DNA from: Proteromonas lacertae
Taxonomy: Eukaryota
Reading direction: 5' to 3'
NCBI GenBank assembly: GCA_002245135.1
Contig: NGBS01001170.1
Span: forward strand, 1 to 64,000
DNA: 64,000 nt
Shown here: positions 53,713 through 64,000 of the stretch, in pieces
Position numbering within the stretch: position 1 is the stretch's first letter
Layout: every line of letters starts with the position of its first letter
Notes under the pieces: model-generated
Seen by the model: only the letters and a program-made list of their open reading frames with translations
What the model was told of the DNA's origin: nothing
Database searches by the model: none
Translations under genes and position numbers: made by a program

Positions 53713-55502
53713 CTAAATAAATAATCGATTAATGATGTTATATTCATTCTTCATTATTTCACAATACAAACTTGGATCAATGAAATATTTATTCTTTTCA
53801 TTGATTTGATATAAATCAATCTGTGTATATAGTTGAAGTTTACTAATTGTTGTTTTATTATCACACTTTTCATATAAATATATAGATTCTGCTTGATTAT
53901 ACTCATACACATAACATAAATCATCTTCTCTAGATCATTATAATAATCATTATAATAATATACATCGATGATAAACAACAAAACTTCAAGCAATGTTTTT
54001 TTACATTCATATCAAAATGAATGACAAGATAATTGTTATTCACTGTTAGTTTAGTCTCAGAATCAGTAGGTGGAATAGATATATTAATAAGTGGATTAAA
54101 CAATATATCAATTGCTTTATTACAATCAAGCATAAGCAGAAACTCAGCTCTAGATACTTCATTTAGAATATGATCTGACTCATCTTGAGAGACTTGATCA
54201 CAGAGATCACTCTATAGAGAATGAAGATAGAAAGAAAAAGAAAAAAAGAGATAAATGCAATATAAACAAAATATGAATATAAAAATCTACATCAAAAATA
54301 AAATTCATAGTTTTAGAGTTATTTCATTAGAAAAGACAATAAAACTTTGAATATGATTTGATATAGATTTTTATATTCATATTTTGTTTATATTATATTC
54401 TTATAATATATATAATATATAAAATGATAATATACATATCTATCTTTTGGATTTTCAATTGATATTTTTGATGAAATATTTATATTTAAATCTGTTTCAT
54501 TTTCTTTTTCATTTTCTTCTTCCATTTCAGTTTGTTGTTCTTCTTTTTCTATTTCATTCTCTTCATATACTAAAGGATCAATATATTCCATCTTATTATT
54601 AATAAACTGATAATTATCCATATTCAATTTATAACCACCAACTGACTGTGATATTGAATAAATACTCCAATCAACATGACTTAAACTATTTTAAAATAAA
54701 AATAAAACACTATAATAAATACTTAGTAAAAATAATATATAACAATTGTGTAACAGCATAATAAAAATGATCTTTATCAAGACTAGAAACAAACCAAAAC
54801 AAATCACTATATTGATTTGCATAAAACAATATAATAATTAACCAACAATAATTACTCATTCCTTGAGCATTACTTGGTAGGAATTTCCTTTGTTTTGACC
54901 ATATCTTTAATTATACGTGAGAGATATAAAACTAGTGACATTGGTAAGGTATTGTAATTCTCTATGTAATTTACAAATTCTACTCCATCTCTGTTTCCAT
55001 AAGAAATGTCCATTTTTATATCACCTTCTATCTTAATGATTGGATGCTTTGCATATCGGATGAAATGTACTTCAAACTTATTGTAGTTTTTATATAAATA
55101 CTTTCTAATGCTTTTAAATATGTAATTTAACTCTGATACTCCATCTGTCTTTGGACTATTAACTACTAAATCTAAATCACTACTTATAATGTCATTATGT
55201 AAAGCACATGAACCAAAAAGTTCGATTGAACATTTTATATTGATTGTATTATACAAATTCATTATTTGCTTTGATATATTTGAAATGAATAGTTTTCTTT
55301 TCATGATTATCTCTTCTGATGGGATATAAGGTGATATTATAAAATTGAGTGTTTTTCCCGTTTTTATTTGGTTAGAATCTATTTCACTAAGATCAGGAAG
55401 TATATTATCATCTATAAACTTCTTTGTATAACTAATTACATAAAATTAACTAAAGATATACTAGAATTGCCCTGTTATATCATCCTGCCATAATATATCC
55501 AT
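53713..55502 (-). CDS. Cid1/TUT/Trf4-family terminal nucleotidyltransferase
   Basis: LFGSCA..SSDLDL catalytic motif, AKHPIIK..MDIS, and PAP-associated motif SIENPKDRY/SDLC..ILNEVSRA. Confidence 0.85.
54259..54394 (-). repeat. 38-bp inverted repeat forming a long hairpin in the 224-nt TUTase intron (54212-54435)
   Basis: Arms 54259-54296 and 54357-54394 are complementary at 37/38 positions; the mismatch is a U-G pair in the pre-mRNA. Confidence 0.9.
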
Positions 55503-55726
55503 GACTGTAGTTTATAACAAGTAAAATGCCATTAAAAATATCAATAATTCAGTTTATAAGAAGAAAAATGAAAAAGTGATAAAAAGAACAATTTCACATT
55601 TTTATTATGTTTTCCTGTAATTGAGGCGTAATTCACATAATGCTGATGTTGTACAGTAAATTTACACAATCAATCAAACAAATCACCAATAAAAAGTTGT
55701 CAATAATAATATATACTATTTTTTAT

Positions 55727-56230
55727 TTACTTCTTACCTTTATTTTTACGACTTTGAGCTTCTTGTTTAGCTTTTTCTATTGCTACGTTAATTATTTTCT
55801 TTTCTGACTTTCCTTTTGATTTATTCTGTTTATTTTTATTTTTATTTGATTCATTAGTAGCTGTTGTTGAAGAGCCTGCATTAGCTGGAACTAAATATAA
55901 TGAAATAAATGAATTATACTATCTGTGTATTGTGCAAGTATAGCATCTAATTCTTCTAATTCCTTCTTCTTTTGTTCTTTCTTTGATAACATTTTTTGTG
56001 GTTGTTTCTGTTTCTTTGGTTCTTCTACCACAACTACTGGCTCAGGTTCTGGTTCTGGTTCTGAATCACTTGAAGAAGACTATTTATACATAATTTAATG
56101 CAGAAATACAGAATTTTCATCTTCTTCAACATCAGAAACTGTATCAAAGTCTTTTATTATAGCCCAATCGATATCTTTTGCGAGTAAACCTAAAATGGAA
56201 ATTATTAATTATATTATAAAGTATACCCAT
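55727..56230 (-). CDS. Small K/E-rich protein, unknown
   Basis: LSKKEQKKKELEELDAILAQY segment; three short introns. Confidence 0.6.
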
Positions 56231-56413
56231 GTTTTATTTGATGAAAAAACAGCAAAATGACTTTTGAGTGGTGTATGAAAATTAGTCGAAAAACACACCA
56301 AAAAATTAAAAAACATTATATGTATTTCTACTGCAAGTGAATCAATTCAAAAAACATTTCATTTCACATAAAAAAATATAGACTAAGATATTTATATATC
56401 AAATTAAATAAAA

Positions 56414-57434
56414 TTACATATCATCAAAATTATCTTCATCAGTTAACTCATTAGGTCTATAAACAGGTGCATTGAAGAAACTACCCATATCATTAACAGC
56501 AGGCATGGCTCCTAGCATATCAGCCATAATATCTTCCTCATATGAAGCAGGAGGTGGAGCCATTGTTGGTAATGGAGCAATAGCTTGCATATATGCTTGA
56601 TTAGCTCTAAGAGCTTGTGAAACAGCACGTTGATCCCATCTTCTACCAGTATGTGAATCTAAGCCATTCATTCTCATTTGATCAGGATGAGGATTCATTT
56701 CTCTCTGTAACTTCTTAATTCTGTAGTAATTGCATATACATAGTGCAATTACTATTAATACCAACACTATAGCGCCAACTACTGCAGCAAATATACCCCA
56801 GAAATTCGTTCTTTCACATTCACTTTCATCTACCTTATCCCAATAGGGAGTATAGGTTGTTTCGTTCATTTGACACCAACGATGTTTCTCACCTGAATGA
56901 GCAAATCCACAACCAATAGAAATAGAGTAATAAGGATATTGTGATGGCCATTCACCATCAGGTGGACAAGTAATTTGACATTTACTTTGTGCTGAAATGG
57001 AGTAGAGATAGTATTGATCATCTCCAAAACCATATTTAAATACAAATTGTAGTTTGTATTCAGCATAATTGTGTGATTCTATGAGGAAATCTTTGTAATA
57101 TATGTAATCTCCATCACAACTCGATGACGTCAGTTGAATATATGTTCTCATATTGTTTTTGGGTATTGGCTCATTTGGTCTCAGGAAATCAGCAAACAAT
57201 AAGAAATCAAATATATCATAGTCTCTAGCACAATTTTCTACATACAGTTTGATTGTACCATATGCTTGGTACGCTGTGTTATTACTCTTAATATACAATT
57301 GGTCTAATTTGAAAGCAACTACGAAGATGAGAAGAATAAAATATACAATTGTGCCCATACGCTAGATTTATTAACATAAAACATAATATAAATTTCTATA
57401 AAAAGTTAGACAAGATATAACATACTAAAATCAT
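56414..57434 (-). CDS. Type I membrane protein with a Cys-rich HormR-like ectodomain module
   Basis: Spliced signal peptide MILKFILCFMLINLAYG, CPPDGEWP..C..GEKHRWC..W..C module, and single TM IFAAVVGAIVLVLIVIALCI. Confidence 0.75.
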
Positions 57435-57570
57435 ATTTTTATAAACATAACTAATACATTTCAATACGGTGTATTTAGGTGTATTAATTAAATCCCCATT
57501 TTTAAAAAGCATTAGAAGAAATAAAAGTCGCACAGTAGTTTAATTGTTTGTATATTATAATTGTTGCTTA

Positions 57571-59149
57571 ATGGAATCATGCAATCCCTACCAAGACATA
57601 CCATTTTTTGAAGAATCTGTCATTTCCAATAATTTACACATGATGAATGTATTTCATGGGTTTAAATTATCATACGAAGCTTTTTATAATATAATAAATG
57701 GATTAGCACATCCTTCTAATGATTATGCAGTTATTCCAAAGAATATATTCCCATGGTATTTTTAATTTTATTATTCCTAGGAATTCTAAATTATATCACA
57801 ATATCTTTTCTGGTAAATATTCAAATCAAGAATCATTTTTAGAAGATGTGAGTAAAATTCTAGAAGAAATAATGTACACATGTATAATCAATAAAGATCT
57901 ATGTAATAATGCATTAATTGAATTAAAAAGACTTATCTATACAAAATATGATAAAACTAAATCAATTTTTAACACACCAGAAATTCTTATTACATTTGAA
58001 TTTGATATTTCAACTAACTCAAATTTAAATTTATTTTTAACACAACTACATCGTTCACCACCTACAATTATTAAATGTATATATATATATATATATAATT
58101 ATTTCTATATATATTTAATAGCATTATTTTATAATTGGTCAATATTTCATCCAGATGTTTATCCAGATGAATATACTGATTTTTCAGGGTGTAAGACTGT
58201 ACAAAGATATATACAAAGTAGTAAGCCAATTAGTTATGAATCAAATAATAATGATAATAGTAAATATAAATTATTAATTGATACTTCAAATTATTTAAAA
58301 AGGAATTTAAAGAGTTATGAAGTATATAATGAAGGAGATGATAATAGAATTGAGGAAGAAGAAGGAGATGATGCTGAAGATGATGATGATAATGATAATG
58401 ACGATGATGAAGAGGAGGAAGAAGATAAAATAGACTTATCACATCTTCAATTATCATCAGAAAGAACTTTTATTCCCATAAATTCAAAGAAATTACAGAA
58501 TTTATATCCAAGAGATCATTTATTAAAAGAATTAATAGCTTTTATGACTTTAAATACATTTCATTTAATAGATAATAAATTGAACATAAGTGATATAGAT
58601 ATTATTAATAATAAGATAAATATATCTAAATCTAAACGTAATAATAATTCTATAGAATATGCAAATAATCTTCAAATATTATATTTTATATTATGTAAGT
58701 GTTATAAGTATAATTGTAATTATTATGCTCCTTCATTGCCTTTTCTATTCAGACATTTGAAAAAGAAACATGAAAGACAAATAGAAGAAGTACAGCAAAT
58801 ACAACAGTATAATTGTCCAATAGATAGATGTAATTATGCTGTTGATAATTGGATAAAATTCATAGATCATATCCTACAACATAATTTTTACAGCAACTTT
58901 GAGAATCTTAAGTATTTAGATAATTCATCGTTAGTATATGAATGTGTATATCCAGAATGTAACTTTACAACCAAAGCTGAAGTGACTTTTACAAGTCATA
59001 TACTAAAACACACAAGACAATTGAGGAGAAAGGAATGGCACTACATAGAAATGAATAATTTATTTATTATTGTATTGTATTATCTGTTTATTCAAGATAC
59101 ATTAAATAAAAACAATGAAATTTATAATATATATAAAAGAATATTTTAA
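57571..59149 (+). CDS. C2H2 zinc-finger protein with an acidic tract
   Basis: Three CxxxxC..H..H motifs near the C-terminus. Introns 57756-57780 and 58077-58121. Confidence 0.75.
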
Positions 59150-59225
59150 TTTTAAATGTGTGAGTGTGTATATAACGTTTTAATACTAATCAAAATTATT
59201 TAATAAGTAACAACAACAAGCAAAT

Positions 59226-60386
59226 TTACTTTCCACCAAAATTGTTCACCAAGTTATTATTCAATATAATCTGTTTACAACTATCAAACACATGTCTTAC
59301 ATTATTACTGTCTGTAGCACAAGTCACACAAGTATAGACATCTTTACCTTCACCACTTTGAGCAAGGAACAATCCTTTTATATAATTAATAGCAGCTTGT
59401 TGTACACCACATTCACATGGATAATCATTGGGATAACCTCCACCACATGTGCAGATTCCACATTCATAATCTAAAAACATACCTGGATCATCAGGACCAG
59501 TAGAAGGTCTTCTAATATCATGAACTTTAATTTTCTTTTCGAATAAATCTCTTTTATTTAAGAATAAAATCATAGATGTCTTTTGGAAGTATGGACTATT
59601 AGCAATTTCTTTAAATAAAGTTAAAGCTTCTATTAATCTGTTTTGTGTATTATCTTCGTACAACACTTGATCATATTCGTTTATGGCAGCTACAAATATA
59701 ACAGCAGTTACATTATCAAAACAGTGAATCCACTTCTTTCTTTCATTTCTTTGACCACCTACATCGTACATGACAAACATAGCACCGTCAATTTTATATA
59801 TTTCTTCTACAATACCACTAGTTCTTACTCTGCATCTTAAAATATCATCATCAGTAGCTATGTAATCTGGAGTTGATATTCTGTCTATATGCTCAAAGAA
59901 ATAATCTGCTGCATCGAATAATTGGAATTGAGCTTTGTTTCTGAATGTTTCTTGAATACCAGGATCTGCCCATAATGTTTTAATATATCCACCAACAGTC
60001 TCATCAACTTCAGCATCTGGACTTATAGTCATAAATTCATCAGCTAACTCAGCATTCTCAATAGCAATGTTCAGTAAGCCTGCATTCTCTACTAGAGTTC
60101 TCATACCAAGAATAGCATTATTATATATAACAGGATTTTTTGCTTTACGATCATCATCGGTGTAACCTATACCATATAACAACTATTCATAAAATAACCT
60201 TATAAAAAAGTATACTTTCATTTGTTTAAATACAGTACTCTTCCCTGACTCACCAGCACCTAATAATAACAACTTAATTTTGGATTGCTCCATTTGAAAC
60301 TCTCTTCTAGCTTGTTCCTCCATCTTCTTTGACTTAGCTGCTTCCTCTTGTTCCTCAGCTGACATTGAAGAGCCACAGATGCCCAT
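59226..60386 (-). CDS. Heterotrimeric G-protein alpha subunit
   Basis: MGxC myristoylation/palmitoylation start, GAGESGKST, DVGGQR, NKRD and TCAT. Confidence 0.97.
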
Positions 60387-60616
60387 TGATATAAATTAAA
60401 GTAAGAAAAACGAAAAAAGAAATAAAGAATGAATTGGCCGTTACACTTTTTAACGACATTTCAAAATCATTTTAAATTTTTTTTTTCAAATAGATCTAAC
60501 CATTAAGAGTGATATTGTGAATGATATTATCAAATGTATTGAAATGCATATAAATTATTTGGTTGTTTTATTTGTAGAAATCAATTTTTTTATTTATCCA
60601 ATAAAACATCAAAATA

Positions 60617-61892
60617 TTACAAAACACTATATTCATCATCATAGAGAGACCTAATAGAATTTGTTTTCTCTTCAACATTTGCATGAGTTGGATATTTATT
60701 CTTCAATTCATTCAATTGCTGAAACATTTTCATTGTATCACTATCTAAATGATTTAACTCAAAGTCAGTAGTTGTTTTTATTTCAGGTTGTTTTTCAGTT
60801 ATTTTTTCTAATTCCACTTATTTTTTGATTTATGTTATTTTTTTCATCCACATCTTCTTTACTTGCCCAATTATCAACCACTTTATTTAATATTTTTGGA
60901 ATCATTGGGTCTTTGTGATAATTTTGAAGGAGTGACGATATTAATTGATTAATTGGCATATGTGGTAGAGGATTAATCATTTTAATAAATTCAGATTCTA
61001 ACATATGATTTACGACAATCTCTAAATTGTTGTTAGCAAAACTATATGATTTAGAAATATAACAATTAATTATAGCTTTTAACATATCATAATAAAACAC
61101 TTCAAATAGATTTTGAAAAAACAGAAATAAAGGTGCTGAAAAGTACAATTCACACTGTTCTTTTGTATTAAATTCTGTTTCATTGATGATTTCTATTAGT
61201 GGATTCACTATTTGGATATTTATATATTGAATTCTTAATGAATGAGTTGTGTTTAAACTATGGTTAAATATTTCATCTAATATTGAAGTATAATTTCTCT
61301 TTTTGGATTGTTTATCACTCATAAATAAATTTTTGAATGGTTCTAATGTATCTTTCAGTTTAAATTCTTCTGTTCTTACTTTTGTTTTTTCTAATTTTTC
61401 TTGTTGATCTTTCCAATATGTTTCTGACAAATAATCAATTGCATTCGATACAGCCAAGCCTAATATCTCCCAACTGGGTAAATCATTATGAGTACCGTCA
61501 TGCCTTATATCTACAAACATTCTATGTAAGCCAACTTTGTTTGCTATAAAAGTAACTGAATCAGCAACTGATCCTTTTTGATTTGAATCTACAATACCAT
61601 TTACGAACCTTATAATAATGGAAGCACCTTCATGTTTCATTTCTTCTTCACTTTTCGCTCTTTCTATATAATTTTTATCCAAAAATAAATATTTTTCATA
61701 AAATTGGATTAACTGGGCTGTGATATCAACGAGGTGAGGTATAGAACCTCTCGCTCTCCAAGCATGAACATATTGAACTCCTAAAAACTTCTGATTTGTG
61801 TCTTCAGAAAATAACAAGTCCTTTACACATCTCCATTCATCCCAATTTTGCCATGGAACCAATGCGATGTGGTATTTATCGCAATAATTCAT
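60617..61892 (-). CDS. LAS1: Las1-like pre-rRNA ITS2 endonuclease
   Basis: VPWQNWDEW, AWRARG..PH, IIRFVNG and HEPN motif RHDGTH. A +1 frame break near 60815 makes the 3' end uncertain (60795 or 60617). Confidence 0.85.
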
Positions 61893-61944
61893 TTTTAATT
61901 TACAAACTAGTTATCAAGCTTTTTCAGTTTTTTTATTTTATAAA

Positions 61945-62478
61945 ATGGAATATCTCGATGATGAAATAATAAGTGACCTTAAAAATTTGTTTAATGAATT
62001 GTATTGCTGATATACATTTATACATTATAGAGATTATGATCATACAGGTTATTTAGATTCTAAAGCTGTTGGATCTATTCTAAAATCAATAGGTGAAGTT
62101 CCAACAGAAGAAGCAGTGAAAGATTTAATCAGTACCATAAGTCCACAGGGTGAAGGCAAACTGAATTTCTCAGAATTCATTTCACTTATTACTAAAGAGT
62201 ATAATACCAATAACAGAGAAAATGAGATTAATTCAGTGTTTAAAGTATAGATTTTTATTGAATAATTATTGTAATAGATAATTGATAAAGACAATGACGG
62301 AATGCTTTCAAGATCAGATATACACACAGTATTTATTATTTTTGTTGTAATTGATTAGACATCTAAAGAGAATAATATAGGTTTATCTTCTGAAGATGTA
62401 GTTGATATAGTTGATACTCTTGGTGAGAATGAATTGATATCTCCCGCTCAATTCAAGGAAGCATTAATTTATCAATAA
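61945..62478 (+). CDS. Divergent calmodulin-like EF-hand protein
   Basis: DYDHTGYL, GEVPTEEAV, LNFSEF and DKDNDGML; three short introns. Confidence 0.8.
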
Positions 62479-62622
62479 TAAACTAAACTTATTTATTTGC
62501 ATATGTGTTGTTGAGTAAATCGAAATATTTCAAATCTATTTTGAATTGATTTTTTGAAATTCAATCGTTGAAAATTTAGAATTATTCTTTTCTTCTTCTA
62601 TTTCACATATTGACCTTTAGAA

Positions 62623-63847
62623 ATGGAAAAATTGGTAAATTCATTACTAAATAAGCAGACAACAGCAATTATTCTTGGACCAAGTATTTTTAACGATGAA
62701 TCAACACAGGCAAACATTGTATCATTTATATATCACTTTTATAATAGATGCAGGATCTATCTGAGACTTTATATCTTGGTAATCCAACTCAATGGTGGAC
62801 TAACTGGAAATTGGTTGAAGAATTTCGGTATTATTATTCACATTTTATTATTAGAATATCAACTATGCCAGATTTTTTTTCAAACACTCTTTGCATGTTG
62901 AAAGGATTAAATCCAAATTTTATAGTCTTATCACAAAGTCATTACACCAATACACCATCTGTAGAATACAAGGAAGTATAATATAACACCTCATAATATA
63001 CTGAATAATAGTTTGTTATATCACCAAAAGTGTTTTGTAAACATTGTAATATAGAATTGAAATATGATATGATATCTGGTGATCAAATCTGTAACAAATG
63101 TTCAAATAAAGTTGAACCAGACTTTAACACAGTTTATAACCCAAATAATGACCAAATTGACCTTAGTAATGTAAAGAATATACTATTATTTGAACCAGAT
63201 TACCATCAACACATGTTAAATGTATTTATATTTAATTATAAATATTTAGAACATAATATTATCTTCAGAATGTGATGTAACTATTTATATAATTGGCTGG
63301 AATGTAGATTTATCGTTAAAAACCTTACCAGTATAAATAATTTATTTTATTTTTTATTTTATTATATTATTAGAATTTATACAGAGTAAATCATGAATTA
63401 ATTGTTGGTAAACCAAGTCATATATTACCACTAATAGTTGAAACATTACATGGAGTGAGTTATTACTCTGGAAATAATAACAGTTATAAATTATATAATA
63501 TAATACCAACCAATATAGAGAATAAGATTGACAATAGAATGGAAGAAGAAAAACAAATTGAAAATGAAGCTCCTGACTTGTTATTATCATTACAAAGTGC
63601 TAAAAGACCAAAGAAGAGAATATTTTCTAAATGTATATATATATATATATATACATATTTACACAATCATGATAATTTATTAATAGATCCTGAGTTTATA
63701 GTTAAATTACCTTATAAATGTTTATCAGATGATTCACTTATAGAGATTAATAGATTATTTGATAAATATGAAAAAGGTGATATGGATATTAGCAATGATA
63801 GTGAAGCATCTTTACTATTACATTTATCTGTTGCAGCTGAACACTAA
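62623..63847 (+). CDS. Highly divergent sirtuin-like protein
   Basis: IILGPSI at the GAGIS position, P..WW, CKHC..CNKC..VEPD zinc module and C-terminal LIVGKPSHILP. Several introns. Confidence 0.5.
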
Positions 63848-63969
63848 ATATATGTTATTCTGTTATATTTTTTATTTAAAATATTGTTTGTTTACTTCAA
63901 AATAAGATAATACTAATAATACAAGTATTGAGTGTATTAACTCCGTTTGTTTTCTTTTTCTTTTTTTAG

Positions 63970-64000
63970 ATGAAAAGGAAGACTTTATCGTCTTGTGGGT
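63970..64000 (+). CDS. Possible 5' end of the next gene, truncated by the window edge
   Basis: ATG downstream of a CCGTT motif; frame open to the end of the window. Confidence 0.25.
   Translation, partial: MKRKTLSSCG

Noticed and set aside
55614..55670. Small stem-loop with a downstream ACA (possible H/ACA RNA)
   Set aside because: The stems are short, the ACA spacing is atypical and there is no second hairpin or H box.
39841..60817. Programmed +1 frameshifting at TGA: the RNB (~39843), PP2C (~43248), EGF copy 3 (~50240), B56 (~47622) and Las1 (~60797) frame breaks all run into TGA
   Set aside because: In B56, homology places the shift about 40 nt upstream of the TGA. The breaks sit in short homopolymers, nearby regions have indels in both directions, and TGA is a normal terminator elsewhere. 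Long-read indel errors are more likely; short-read remapping would settle it.
316..63666. Many short antisense or overlapping ORFs rich in I/Y/F/L (for example 3032-3259, 3449-3754, 29308-29832, 52446-52871)
   Set aside because: These are shadow ORFs of AT-rich coding strands or intron read-through, with no recognisable motifs.
1..64000. Stop codons created by polyadenylation (Blastocystis TGTTTGTT mechanism)
   Set aside because: TGTT-rich tracts do follow many genes (for example near 28442-28449 on the - strand and 63886), but every gene I could model ends in a genomic stop codon.

Overview
Very AT-rich, gene-dense eukaryotic DNA with about 35 protein genes and one tRNA-Arg(CCT). The genes are broken by many 25-35 nt GT(AT)..AG introns. 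Tiny introns, tenascin-like EGF genes, MORN proteins and mitochondrial-type targeting peptides suggest a Blastocystis-like stramenopile; this is inference, not proof. Recognisable genes include an Hsp70/110-like protein, a USP deubiquitinase, Met-tRNA formyltransferase, a SNARE, Sec24, EMC2, V-ATPase subunit a, an RNB exoribonuclease, PP2C, TatD, PP2A-B56, a Cid1/TUTase, G-alpha, Las1 and a calmodulin-like protein. Most unusual signals: (1) three U12-type introns whose best frame-restoring termini are AT..AA, with a near-constant branch-point-to-3'SS distance; (2) a near-perfect ~136-nt RNA hairpin inside an oversized intron of the TUTase gene; (3) three genes with a transposase-like double HTH, in unusually long noncoding flanks that hold a ~216-nt G-U-supported hairpin; (4) a P-type ATPase derivative lacking all TM helices, the N domain and catalytic motifs; (5) divergent start codons only 14 bp apart. 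Scattered 1-nt frame breaks (around 0-1.7 kb, 39.8, 43.2, 47.7-52.8 and 60.8 kb) look like assembly indels. All gene models were built by eye and no database searches were run.
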